A stretch of DNA of 63,675 nucleotides from Euprymna scolopes (taxonomy: Eukaryota). Made by a program: the position numbers and the translations under genes. The notes under the pieces are model-generated. The model had not been told where the DNA came from. It was given only the letters and a program-made list of their open reading frames with translations, and did not search any database. The first letter of the stretch is position 1. Each line of letters begins with the position of its first letter. The stretch lies in NCBI GenBank assembly GCA_053919585.1, contig CM132785.1; one strand, written 5' to 3'. Shown here in pieces: positions 27,331 to 39,965 of this stretch.

Positions 27331-27881
27331 TCGATGTAAACGCTTGTTTTACAACAAATAATAGTGGCATGGTCACAATATACCAGTAACACATTTTTAA
27401 AACTTATTAATTAATCCATCATGACATGCTTATGGTGAGACCTTACTCACCCGTATAGAAGTATTTCTGCCACAATTAGAGGAGTACGCGAATAAATTCC
27501 GTATAAAAAGATTTAGGAAGCCGTAATTCTTTAAAATATACTAGAATGAGAGTTGGGTGCATGTACATCGACTAAGTTTTTGATTTTAGACAGTGGAACA
27601 TCGAAGGTGATCTAATGAGAACTGAGGTGTCAACGTGATTATGCTTTATTATGCAAATGAGCAAGTTTTGACAAGAGCAGTATTTAACGTGTAAATAGTG
27701 ATGACAATCATCTTTTTTGTAGCTGGAATGTTTAGGTATTGGTGAATAACAGCACACGGCTAGAATGTTTAAAATATTCTTTATCAAGTAATTGTGGGTA
27801 GATTGGTTGCATACTACGTTCCAAAACTGCCGACTGTCAACACGACGGTTCTAGGCTCAATCCTTGGCTTGGGAGAGAGGC

Positions 27882-27940
27882 TAGTCTAGCTGCACTGATG
27901 TGTTGTGATACAACGAAACAGGACTGTATGTCGATGACTA
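27882..27940 (+). ncRNA. Type I hammerhead ribozyme (copy 1, with core A9->U substitution)
   Basis: TAGTC-TAG-CTGCA | CTGATGt | GTTG-TGATA-CAAC | GAAA | CA-GGAC-TG | TA | TGTCG-AT-GACTA. Stems I, II and III all form, with a GUA triplet at 27926-27928. Confidence 0.8.
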
Positions 27941-28204
27941 CAAATATATTTTAAGCCCCCCTTCTTTGGGTAGAGCACTGTCGTAAATAATCTCACCCGC
28001 TACTTAATTGGCTGAAAAATGCGAAGCTCGTTGTTTGTTTGTTTACAAACAGGCGATTTGAGCACTATAAAAGTGGTGGCGGGTGTCTATTTACATAGAC
28101 ATTCTGACGAGTTATTTACGGGCGTCGCTTACATGGTCGAGTGGGAGAACTGCCGACTGTCAACACGACGGTTCTAGGTTCAATCCTTGGCTTGGGAGAG
28201 ATGC

Positions 28205-28235
28205 TAGTCTAGCGGCACTGATGAGTTGTGATACA
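28205..28235 (+). ncRNA. 5' half of hammerhead (copy 2, intact CUGAUGA, truncated by (TA)n)
   Basis: TAGTCTAGCGGCA CTGATGA GTTG TGATA CA followed by a TA microsatellite. Confidence 0.7.
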
Positions 28236-30002
28236 TATATATATATATATATGACGATTGTGAAGAACATACTACGTAGTATTTTGCACATTTGGACTTA
28301 TGCGCCAACAGCTTTTACTGGTTAGAATAATACTATCACTTGATTGCGCTCGTCCAATCACGTTCTACCAGACCCACGCTTTTAATTCCATCGACTAGTA
28401 TTCTCTTGGGCGATAATGGAATGTAGTCGTTTGCATTCGAAGAGAATTTACCCTCAACATGTTCGAAAGAACGATACTAATCAGATGTTCATACAGAGAA
28501 TATTTCTTTTATGACAGTAATTAACATAAAACTTGCCGGAGTCAAGATGTCATGACTTCTCTTTAATAGGATTTTAATGGAGCTTTGCTGACTTGAGAGA
28601 AGGGGGTTAAGTGATTTAATGAAGCTAATTCGAGAAAGTTCCTCTCCACCGAAGCGAGAATCCTTATCGTTTATTGTGTGATAAAATAAAAGCAAACTAC
28701 CCCCCAATTGGCAAGATCAGAATCATTTGCATAATGTTCGCGTTTACCTATTTTTTTTAAATAGAACATTAGACATTCACGCAGCATAAATAGCTTAGTC
28801 GTCGTTTATTGACTGATTAGATCTGATTCTCAGCCGAGCAACAGCCGAGGAAGCTCAAAATCACTACACGATAACGATTTGAAAATAAGCAATCCTCAAC
28901 ATATTAGAAGCTTAATACGTCCTAAAATAAAGTACTCCTGCCACATCTGAAGAGAGTTGTTTGGAGCGGTCTCTCCAAACTTGACAGGGTACAAAACCGG
29001 ATTACTTTTTCTCTTTACGAATCAAGCAAGATTCTGAATTTCAAGTTCAGCATAATCCCTTAAGCGAAACATTTTAGACCTTTTTTTTAAGCGATAGCAT
29101 GATATTGAATAAAATTAAGAATTATAGACATATGGTTTGATTACATAATATCGGAAGTTTTATCTTCGTAAGGAGTGTAGTGCTATACTCTTTGATACAT
29201 TGAATTTTACCCGTCCTTGAATAGGTGTTCTAGTACGGTTATATACGAGTACTCAGACGTAACAAACAGCAATCGACAATGAATTTGTCTATCCAAGCAT
29301 CTAAGTCAAACTAAAAATGTCCAACCTTATTCAATCATTTTGAGTAAATGCATTACATACTAATGTTAGCTCATTTTTAGAACGATTTTATTTGAATCGA
29401 TATGTTATTCAAATACCATGATATTGGCTTTGAATAAACTCAATCCGCAATCGTTTAAAAATTCTGAATGCTTAACCCCACACCAATCTTCTCTCAGCTA
29501 AATATAAAAAGACTCCATTCCATCTGATTCACCATATTGCTAATACCCCATCAGTTTTCGAAATGATGTGGAAAGTATTTACAAAAGATAACGGTTAATA
29601 AAGAAATAATATTCTTGAAAATGGAGAAAATACGTAAAATCAGTTCTGATTACGCCAACGTTTCTGTCGCATGGCCATGGAAAAAGGTTTCATTTTGAGC
29701 GTGTGAAATTGAAACTGACACGAGCTGCGTAAATGTTTTATTTATATTTGGAGCTAACAAATTGCGAAATATTCTGGCGTCAATTTTATTACAACAAAAA
29801 TCTTTCGACCTTATATGCAAATAATTTAATTTTTTAACGCAAGTTATTTGCTGTCTCAGTTAATAGAAAGTCCGTTTTAATTATCTGAAGAAAAAGTTGT
29901 CTCATTGACGCATGCGCGTTCTTCGCGTAGGAAAAAAATCTTTCCAATACATACCCTTCGCTCCATTATACATAGCAATCTCTCTCATTATATATATATA
30001 TA

Positions 30003-30876
30003 CTAGCATTTCAGCCCGGCGTTGCTAGGGTGTTTGGAGGTGTATGTTGAGCAAAAAAAAAAAAAATAAAAATAATGGTAGTAGGAAGGCAAGCTCGAAC
30101 CCGTACCGCGAAGGAGGAAAAGAACGGGGGAGGACCTGACGACTTTGCCGTTACGACCGCCACCAAATCGGAAGTGACGTACTTTTAAATTAAGGCTAGA
30201 TAATCGAAAAGAGGGGATGGCTTTCGACAATATCGGCGAAAAAGAAAAGCGACCCCTATCTGTAGAAAAGGGCCTAGTTGAAGGTGAAGATATTAATGTT
30301 TTTAGCCAATTTTTCGATATTTGTCGTCTGAAAGGTCGCGCTTAAAAACGATACTGATCTTGTGAAAATCGGTCGCCTCTGTCGAAAGTTTTAGGCAGAC
30401 ATGCAAACATACATACACATATATTGGTAGCTCAAATTTTCGACCCAAACCGATTAAAAAGCTTGCCCTTTCTCTGAATACCCTTTATGTAAAATTACAA
30501 ATGTTTAGACCAGAAATTCTGAGTAATTTGGTAGAGACCGCAGCGGTAATTTTTTAAAAACTTTGATCCCTATTATGACCCCTTAACATTTATTATTTTG
30601 GGCTCAAATCAAGTTATTAAGCTAGATCCATGTCCAAGGAACCTATATCTAAAATCGCAAGTGTTTAGACCCAAAATTGTCGGAGAAGTTTGGTAGAGTT
30701 CTCAAAGGTCAAATCTTTGAACTTTGACCCCTTAACAGCCAAATTTCTGGGCGAAAACCCGATCACATAAATTTTCCCAAAACTCAGTACCCTGTATATC
30801 ATATTTCGAACCTGTAGACTTAAAATTGACAGTCATTGCTAGGGAAATGTACACACATACACGTTCACTTTTATAT
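30003..30876 (-). mobile_element. Non-autonomous Helitron (~870 bp)
   Basis: Reverse complement starts ATATAAAAGTGAACGTGTATGTGTG and ends CCTAGCAACGCCGGGCTGAAATGCTAG|T. Shares GTGTTTGGAGG with the 18571 copy. Confidence 0.7.
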
Positions 30877-31328
30877 GTGCGTGTGTATCTGTTTGTCGTA
30901 ACTCCATTTAATGAATAAAACCCCGGATGTATCTATATTAACTATACAGAGCTCGGCATTAAGCCTGGAGAGGTCTGACTAATTCATAGCTGTGGCCGAA
31001 TATGCTTGCAAATAATGTTTGTATAAATCAGAGTTATCTATATATTATATAGTGTAACACTTTATCCAAGTAAAAATATTTGCATATGCGCGTACATGTT
31101 TAATCTGAACTTAGAACACTCGTAGCCTATATGTAGTCAATACATGTAGAAATAACAAAATTTCACACGTATACGACAAGAGAGGGAGAATAATTATATT
31201 AACCATTGGGTAACCATGTGAATAAACAAGGAAAGATAAGGCAACACATTTTCTGTTTTAATTCTAATAACTTCGTTTATATTCCTATCCACTCTTTCAT
31301 TTTAGTCTCAGGTTAATTTTTTTATATT

Positions 31329-31374
<46 letters not shown>

Positions 31375-31383
<9 letters not shown>

Positions 31384-31872
31384 GTAATAATGTGTGTGTA
31401 TGTGTGAGAGGACAAGTCTCAACCTTAATACTCAACGACTTGATATTTGGTATATAGGATATTCAGACATGTGGAAAACATTTGGTTTTCATCTGAATAA
31501 TAAAGCTGATAAAGGTCAAAATAAGCAATTGGTACACAGGGGTCGTAGAATTTTTATCGAATTGTCAACTGTTTAACGACTCCGCATGCGTGGTCGAGAA
31601 ATGTGACAGCTTCTTTATGTTTAGAATAAGATATTTGAAAACACTTAAATGCTAGTGCAATGATCATCGTACTTGACTCACTTTATCTAAATTTTGGCTT
31701 CGATCTCAGCTCGAAGATTTTTTTTTTTTACTTATTTACTTACAAGGAGTGAACTGCTTAGAAAATCTATACTCGCATGCAATATGTTTCAGTTTATTTC
31801 CGTTTGTTTACATTTTTTTAAAGGAATTTAACGTTATGTTTAATGCAGGGCAACGCCGAGTACACCTGCTAG
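31375..31872 (+). mobile_element. Non-autonomous Helitron
   Basis: 3' GGGCAACGCCGAGTACACCTGCTAG|T; the 5' end merges with a (TA)n tract. Confidence 0.6.
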
Positions 31873-34445
31873 TATTAATATATGTGTGCGTGCACGCGCA
31901 TGCGTGTATGTGTAAAATTAGGAACATTAACCGACTGTCTTACCAGAAGAATGCCCAATATCGCGGATACAACGTTAATATGACCATGAAAACTGCAAAA
32001 ATCAAAATTAAATACCGAGTTTATGACCAAACGATCGTTAAATTGCCATCGAGTGATGATATAGACATAAAACGTGTCAGTTGCTATCAAATTTCAATTT
32101 TTCTACTTCACCGAAAACTACGTGTAGATGTGCTCAAACTGATTTTCCATGAACCTCTTTTCAATATACTAGAATGCGGTCATGTCTCGAACTTTTCATA
32201 CACGAAAACATTTCGATAGCACTGAAGCGACCTCTGGTAGTTAGCTTCTCTACTAAATTACATATTTTGCTCTTATTCAATGAGCATCTAAAATAGGACC
32301 AACAATTATGAAAGGTTTTATGCGCTAAAAAAAAAAAGAAAAAAAAAAAAAAAAAAAAAAGGAGGTGTCTAATTCGAAGTAGTTTTGTTTAAATTGATTA
32401 GTTCCCATCTTTTCTGATGTCTATAAAATCATAGAAAATTAACGTTGCAAAATATCGAAGTGTAATAAACATCTAACTTCTTTACAAAAGAGACCGCGCT
32501 AATTGTTTCTAATTTTGCTCAATTATCATGATTAGAAATTTAATTTAACTCCACAGGGACTTCCACGTCTATATTAAAATATGTTATGCCCTAAAATATT
32601 GTATCTGTTTCATCTAAATTTGCCTTTCATAATCAGTGTTAGCAGGGATACTTGAAGCAGTAATGATGTCATCTATAATAAAAAGATTCAGTGTAAGTAG
32701 TTGCCCTTCTTTCCACAAAAGACGTGGAAAGAACTTGAGATCGGTTTAATATGATGAAATCCAGTTCCGAAAACTACGCAATCTGGACGATTAGAAAAAA
32801 AAAAAAAGTTAGATCGGACGCGTCGGATTTATTAGCAGAAACGCCTCAAGTGACCTCACGAAGGAGGCTGTAATGACTGGGAGAAACGATTGACATAAGC
32901 CTGAAGGTGTAGGTCTGAAACATTACCAACTGACCATCCGTGGTCTTTTGGCCTGCAGCAAAGTGTAGTATCTGTTCTAGTGGAACTCTTCAACCTTTTT
33001 CATCGCCAGTGAATGAGAAATCCGTCTAGAGCGAGACAATTCGTATTTTAAACCAGAGTAACCCCTCTTTATTTAGATCTAATTGTTTTCCGCGTTTATT
33101 TCCTGCATTTTGACTGCTCTCATGGGGAGGATATTAAATAGGCACAAGGCTGAAAGTATTTCCCGCTAAAAACTCACTTTTTTTATTCTTCTTTTGTTGT
33201 AAATAGAAAACGTCGTTAGCATGTATTAATAGCAGTGTAATTGCGGTAGGTAGAAACGTGTTTGCTAGAGCATTCTATTTACATAACATTCTTCTGATTC
33301 TATTTAAGACACGGACAACTTGAAAGCGTTATTTAAATTTTATTCATGTTAATCACCAAAACCCAAAGCAGTTCTTCTAAACCGACTGTCGTCAAGAAAA
33401 CCGGTAATTGCCCGGTTAAAAAATGCATGTAAATAATTAGACGCGTTCTAGAAATCTACAGTCGTCGCCAAATAGTTCACTTGTTTTATTGAATTGAGCA
33501 TTGAAAGACAGTTAAACAATATATACGTAAGTTTATCGGATTCAGACATACAGGGGCCGAATCTCCATTATTGATAATCATCTTATAAGAGCAATTTTTG
33601 CTTGTATTTTGAATTTATTCAAGGGAGATAATTACATAACTTCCAGTGTCAAATGGCGCTGATTTTGGAGAACATATACTAATTTTAGTCAAGTACAGAA
33701 ACCATAAAAAACGTTTTATGACTAGAAATGTGTATATGAATGAAATAAATCTGCAAATATATAAACTATATATAATAATATATTTTAAATAATGTTACCA
33801 ATAATATTGTGTAGCCTGCGTTCGTGCTTGGCATTAATAAAAAAAAGTCAATGCATTTTATTTATTACTACCATAAATATTATGGGATCTTTCATAAATT
33901 GTATATGTCCGGATGGTCTATTTTATTATGTAAATAGTGGTCTGTATGGTTATTCAGCTAAAACTCTAGAACTACAAAAAGCAAACACCCACAAAGTTGA
34001 TAGTTTTTGACCAGCATTGCTCTGGATGAATAATATAAAGTTCAGAAAAATTATTAAATTTTTGACCCTTAACTGGTAGAGATTTTTCAAGCGTAGCATC
34101 AGTATTCAAGCCGGTTTCATGTATGAACTAAAGCTGTAAAACTCATTTCAAGGATTTATTTTTCTTGTGTAGATTCATGCTTCGAATAATCTATAAAAGT
34201 GTGTATAGATGAAGAGCGAAATGGGCTGGACATGGAAGAAATAAGTGGATGAGAGAGTAAAGGAGAACTGAAAGAGTAAGGAAGAGAGAAAACATATATT
34301 GAATTTTGTCCCTGACAACGCATGGTATCCTTGCTAATAGTAATGTGATTAGTAGTAGTTAAGTTAGTTGTATTTCTGGTGAAGAAGTCTTGAGCCTACA
34401 ATTGACCAAACGAACAGAAATGTTTAATTATAATACAGCTTGGCA

Positions 34446-34503
<58 letters not shown>

Positions 34504-36135
34504 TTATATATTTGTATATAAAATATTTTCTTCTGAACTAATTAACTGATCATTATAAATCAAAGATGAGGATAAAATGTAATATATTTAGTTCAATGTA
34601 TTTTATGCAAATGATTAAAAAAGAGTGGAGGCCATTTGTGAAAATTGAGACACTCAATTATGAATATTAAACATCAAATTTCAGTATCTTTGCTGAATTT
34701 TAAGCGTAGGATGTATATTATAGACAAAAGTATCCATACAAAAATCCAACTGCCGCAGATTTACAAGTTTGATTCACATGTATCTAAGAAAATTGTCCGA
34801 ATTAAAATCTTAAGGCGCCTTAAGCTTAAGCGTTAAAATTTAGATCTTTTGTGGAATCAAAAGCATTAATGTGTTATCGTTAAAGGAAAGTGTAATAAGC
34901 AGTCAAAAGGTATGTATTACTATCAAAATAATGTTCTGCTTGTCCATTCCTTAGTCCGTACGTTACGCTTTGAAAAAGGTTAAATAATTTTTTGAAAGCC
35001 AAACTGATTCAAAATAAATAAATAAATAATATTTTAAAAAAAAATAGCCAAATTCGCGAAATTTGATTTTAAAAGGATCAATCTGAAAACCATAGATAAG
35101 AATATGAGAGTTACTCCTCTTTGATGTAGCCTTGTTTTCGAATATCATAAGAATCATGGTTATAATGTTACAAGAAAAGAACTCATTTCGATGTGTAGCG
35201 ATTCTCCACAGATTATAGAAATGTTACGGCAAAAAGAGAGCATTCGAAAGAAAAAAAAGAGAAAAAAGAAAAACGTTGTCTTCCAAAAGATGCTGAACTG
35301 AAAGAGCAAATTGAAGATCATCTCTTACAATTTGATTTTTTTTTATTATTGAACTATGTAGCACAATATTTCTTTCCGAGTATTTAGTACTTATTAATTT
35401 ATCCCCATTTGGATCAGTTTAATATTTAAAATACAATGAATAACATTTTTTATAGAAATGAAAAACTACTTGCAACGTTTTATTGATTTTTCTGTTTTTA
35501 AAATATTTTTGCGCTACGCAGAAAAATCTAGCCAAACATTTGTTGATTCAATATATTTCTCATTCCCTGGAATTTTCACGGGTCTTGCTAATCATATATT
35601 GATTTTACTATTTGGAAGGAGAACACGAAGTAGTAGAAAACTTCTGTTCGGAGAATTAATTGTATCCATTCTTCGAATTATAAATAAAATTGATTTTAAT
35701 TCCCGTGAGACGCTTCTAAGTTTCATACAATTGTTATCCACATTTTTTTGGCGTCGGAAAAATCATGCTGATTTTAAAATTAGTTTTTATTTGTTTGGTC
35801 AAATGCCATCATTATCAGCGGAAAAGTTGAAGATAACAGAAACGCAAAGATTGGAGATAAATTTTGTTAGACTCGAGACAAATCAATATGCGGGGGCTTA
35901 TGATTCTTATCGCCCCAAGGAAAAGTGGATCATTAGTTTTGGATGATTCCACAAAAGGAAACATGTTTTTATTATTGATCTGTGAATTCTCTCGGCAATA
36001 ATAATCCAACCCAACAAATTTTATTAACAGGAAACGGAGAATCGTGAAAGTGATTTCATGACATTTGTTTTTACCTATGTTCACTTTAAACAAACTGCTG
36101 TGATAGGGAACAGATTTATAAAGCGCAAAAAGACA

Positions 36136-36220
36136 CAATCACGTTGAATCACTGATATTAAACAACGTTGAACTATCCCAGTACCAGAAGGGTAACCATT
36201 TGAGAATACTATATGCTGTA
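36136..36220 (+). pseudogene. Degenerate 5S-derived copy with internal deletion
   Basis: ATCACTGATATTAAACAACGTTGA...CAGTACCAGAAGGGTAACCATTTGAGAATACTATATGCTGTA. Confidence 0.6.
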
Positions 36221-36600
36221 TAGAAAAGAACGTTATCTCAGTCATCTAGATCTCGAAACTGACCCGCTGCTGGAGCAGGCTGGTTAGAGCGAACGAAGGA
36301 CGCTGGCTCTAAGCAAACCAGCCCATGGCATCCATCATCCCTAGGACAATCAGATGGTTTTTGTCGTTCCAGTAGCCGAATGTTCATTCATCCAGAGAGT
36401 AACCTGGGTTGGAGTAGGGCAGCAAGATGGTTGCAGGTATTACATTTAAATTTTCCATATATTTGCACAGTTTGATAACCAACGACAGAATTCGGAAGCC
36501 ATAACTCCATACCCAAATTAACTACCTCTTGTTAAAGATACCAAAACGTGTAGTCTTGAAAATGTGAAATACTAGCACTTGAAATATGCATTAGCTTGGA

Positions 36601-37032
36601 ACTATTAATTATATTAATTCAATATTAACTATTATATTAACATATTATATTAATTCAATATTAACTATTATATTAACATATATTAATTCAATATTAACTA
36701 TTATATTAACATATTAATTCAACTATTATATTATAGTAATTCAATATTAACTATTATAGTAATTCAATATTAACTATTATAGTAATTCAATATTAACTAT
36801 TATAGTAATTCAATATTAACTATTATAGTAATTCAATATTAACTATTATAGTAATTCAATATTAACTATTATATTAATTCAATATTAACTATTATATTAA
36901 TTCAATATTAACTATTATATTAATTCAATATTAACTATTATATTAATTCAATATTAACTATTATATTAATTCAATATTAACTATTATATTAATTCAATAT
37001 TAACTATTATATTAACATATTATATTAATTCA
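36601..37032 (+). repeat. AT-rich minisatellite, ~23-bp unit AATTCAATATTAACTATTATA(G/T)T
   Basis: Directly visible; G and T variants occur in blocks. Confidence 0.95.
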
Positions 37033-37116
37033 AGTGACGTTTAGAAGGTCACTGAACTCTTATCGATAATACAGAATATGGAATACTTAAAATGGAGGTG
37101 GTGCGTACAAAAACTC

Positions 37117-37311
37117 GGTACCTATGCACTTTTGTTACCGTGCTGAAATAAAATTTAGAAAGCTGTTCTTAACTTGGGGAGGAGAGCGTGTTTTCTAACT
37201 ATTCTCTACTTTCATTTAACAATTTAATATAAAAGATATCGTAAAATTTGAATGTAACTTGAAAATGCTATTCTTTTTAAAATAGCGCGGTAACAAAAGT
37301 GCATAAGCACC
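37117..37311. mobile_element. Merlin-like MITE
   Basis: TIRs GGTACCTATGCACTTTTGTTACCG / CGGTAACAAAAGTGCATAAGCACC; TSD AAAAACTC/AAAAACTA. Confidence 0.75.
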
Positions 37312-37800
37312 AAAAACTAAAAAAACAAAACAAATTACTTATAAAACAGTGATTGATTTGAGAACTAAAAAACTATGAAATGTCGGGGTTATTTTTGACG
37401 ACATAACTTTTATTAGGAAATCATCACGAACACAAGCCTTAGGATAATGAATTGCCCCTCCCCCCTTATATAGACTTATCAAAATACGCTAGATTGTGTA
37501 GTTTTAGGATAAATAAGGAGATGACGATCTATCCAGGAAAAAAAAAAGAAAAAAAAAGTCAACTATCTATCCATAACATATACGCAGATGAGCGTCAGAT
37601 ATAAAAATGGAACATTAGTTCATGGAATAATATACAGGCATGCCTGCCTGGTCAAAAAGACAAATACATTAAAGTTTAACCCAGATAATTCAATGTCTTA
37701 AATGAATATGGTCAAACGAATCAACCGAAATATCTTGGTTTAAATTTATTCAGGTGTTGAATTCTATTTTTGTTTGTTTTACTCGTCTGTTGAGATATAT

Positions 37801-37933
37801 NNNNNNNNNNNNNNNNNNNNNNNNNNNNNNNNNNNNNNNNNNNNNNNNNNNNNNNNNNNNNNNNNNNNNNNNNNNNNNNNNNNNNNNNNNNNNNNNNNNN
37901 NNNNNNNNNNNNNNNNNNNNNNNNNNNNNNNNN
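37801..37933. other. Assembly gap
   Basis: N run. Confidence 1.
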
Positions 37934-37962
37934 NGTACTTTCAAATAAGCTTTTCTATATTT

Positions 37963-38122
37963 AAAATCTAAAGTTTCGACGATATACATCTTCGTCAGAA
38001 ATAAAATCACTTTGACTTTACTTCCTCGTGGCATGAGACCACAAAGTAGGCATGCAACAAGGAAAGAAAAAACAAACTTTTTTCCTGATGAAGACTATAT
38101 CGGCGATACTTGGTTGATTTTA
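37963..38122. mobile_element. Inverted pair of hammerhead-core remnants
   Basis: Minus: CTGACGA A GATG TATAT CGTC GAAAC. Plus: CTGATGA A GAC TATATC GGC GATAC. Confidence 0.55.
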
Positions 38123-38740
38123 AACAAATGTTTTTGTTTTTTTTTTAATCTGCGTTGTAATAAACTTTAAACTTACATATTTCAATTCAAATGCATAGAA
38201 CGCTTTTACATATAGAGAGAAACGCGCGCGTGCGTGTGTGTAGAATAGTCCTGCACAGAGCTGTATCACTTTCTTACACTTCTCCAGTGTTGTTAGACTT
38301 AGCAAATATTTTCACGCTGAGATTTGAAACCCGAACCATTTAAAGTAGCAATCAATATTAAATCTGTCAAATTTCGAATAAAGTACTTGAAATTTCAAGT
38401 ACTTAAAATTGTTATCTTGTTATGCATTAAATGTTCCGTCTTTTGGGTAGTCAATATATCGGGTGGGTGTTTGATATGAGGTAGGACTGAAGGGTACACA
38501 CGTACAAATATGAAGATTCGTAAAACAGCATGTAAGAGAAAGATAAAAAGAAATATGAAGATAGCCAACAAGTGCTTACATTTATCGATTATTTGCGATT
38601 AACAGGCGAGTGAAGTAAGTGCCTATCGATTACTCTTCAATCGGGAAGCTTATTATCGAATATTACTAGGGGCATCCGGTAACTATTTTAGGTTATCTAC
38701 ATGTGAAATACAAACTCAGAGTTTTAACAGGAATACATAC

Positions 38741-38856
38741 TCTACCTATGAATAACGACAGTAAAAACACCAGTTCTCGTTAGATCACCGAAGTTAAGCG
38801 ACCTTGAATCTGGTCAATATTAAATGGGTGAAAATTTGGAAACACAAGGCACATTA
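38741..38856 (+). pseudogene. Near full-length degenerate 5S-derived copy
   Basis: AAAACACCAGTTCTCGTTAGATCACCGAAGTTAAGCGAC...ATGGGTGAAAATTTGGAAACAC. Confidence 0.8.
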
Positions 38857-39158
38857 TGGCATCTTTCCGTGATTACAATATAGATGTTGAGTACGACATG
38901 TGAAAATCTCATTTTATAATGTTCAGAATTTGTTAAAAGTGGAAATATTCATTAAATATACGCCAAGTTGGAGCAATGGTGAAATCGCAATATGCTATTA
39001 AGGATAAGGCAGAACTCGTCGTACAAACGGTTGGACCGCTTTTCGGTAGTTGATAAGGTTTATATAAACAAGGATAATTCGCCTAAGTGTAGTTGCTGAC
39101 CGACTGCGTAAAATTGCTAACTATCGATAGAAACAATCGAATTTCGAGAAAGTGTCTG

Positions 39159-39195
<37 letters not shown>

Positions 39196-39480
39196 CCTAT
39201 AAATTTGGATTTTCTGTGTATTAATATTCATATTAAAAACTATTTAAAAAGAAAATACAACTTAGTTATATATGGGTCGTGGAATTGCATTCATCTGCAA
39301 AAGATCTAGTTAATTTTCATATTCTTTTAAACATTCATTTTAATTATTTTTTTTCAGTTTTCTCATGGGATGATCATTTGTAACTATTACGTGTAATTAT
39401 ATTCATGCAGATATTCGGCATGGTTTATATTTGCATAAAAAAGGTTATAGTAAATACAAACCTTTCTCTCTCTCTCTCTC

Positions 39481-39917
39481 TCTATATATATATTTGTTTC
39501 AAATATTTTGCCTACGAAACTCCTTTGTCAGTTTTTGATCTGCAGACATAAAACTTAGTATATAGGGTATTCGAACCCATGCGAAATATATTTGCGTTTT
39601 AGCCAGTGCAAAAGTGAACATTAAAAATGAAATTTGCCAGATGAAAGTCGAACGACGGCAATATGAATGCGTAACGTAATATTTATTGGTTCCGTTTTAA
39701 ATGTTTAGCCGTGCAAACATATCTTCATAGCTCGGGTATTAACGTCAAAGGTAAAAGTAAATAATTTTGGTTTCGATTCTTGGTGGTGGCAGTCATTTTT
39801 TAACTTTAAATCATTAGTATATATGGAGTCCAATATAATATAAATACAAAATCTGCATTAATCAAATTATCATATTTAATGTATTTTACGACCGGGCAAT
39901 GCCGGGCGGCCTGCTAG
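39481..39917 (+). mobile_element. Non-autonomous Helitron
   Basis: 3' TTTTACGACCGGGCAATGCCGGGCGGCCTGCTAG|T, plus internal TATAGGGTATT and GGTTTCGATTCT motifs shared across the family. Confidence 0.7.
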
Positions 39918-39920
39918 TGT

Positions 39921-39959
<39 letters not shown>

Positions 39960-39965
<6 letters not shown>

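Larger units (their letters stand above)
27820..28267 (+). mobile_element. SINE-like non-LTR retrozyme remnant (~1.3 units, 323-bp period) with tRNA-like head and type I hammerhead
   Basis: 27825-27912 is repeated at 28148-28235. Flanking direct repeat CATACTACGT at 27810-27819 and 28268-28277. A box TGGTCGAGTGG (28134-28144) and B box GGTTCAATCC (28177-28186). Confidence 0.75.

Noticed and set aside
28125-28200. Functional tRNA-Asp gene
   Set aside because: Acceptor and anticodon stems do not pair properly; it is the head of a repeat unit.
28935-28992. Possible hammerhead CTGAAGA-GAG..CTC-CAAAC
   Set aside because: GAAA and the cleavage triplet are missing; too degenerate to call.
38741-38856. 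Functional 5S rRNA gene
   Set aside because: Many substitutions and indels, no tandem array and no clean T terminator.
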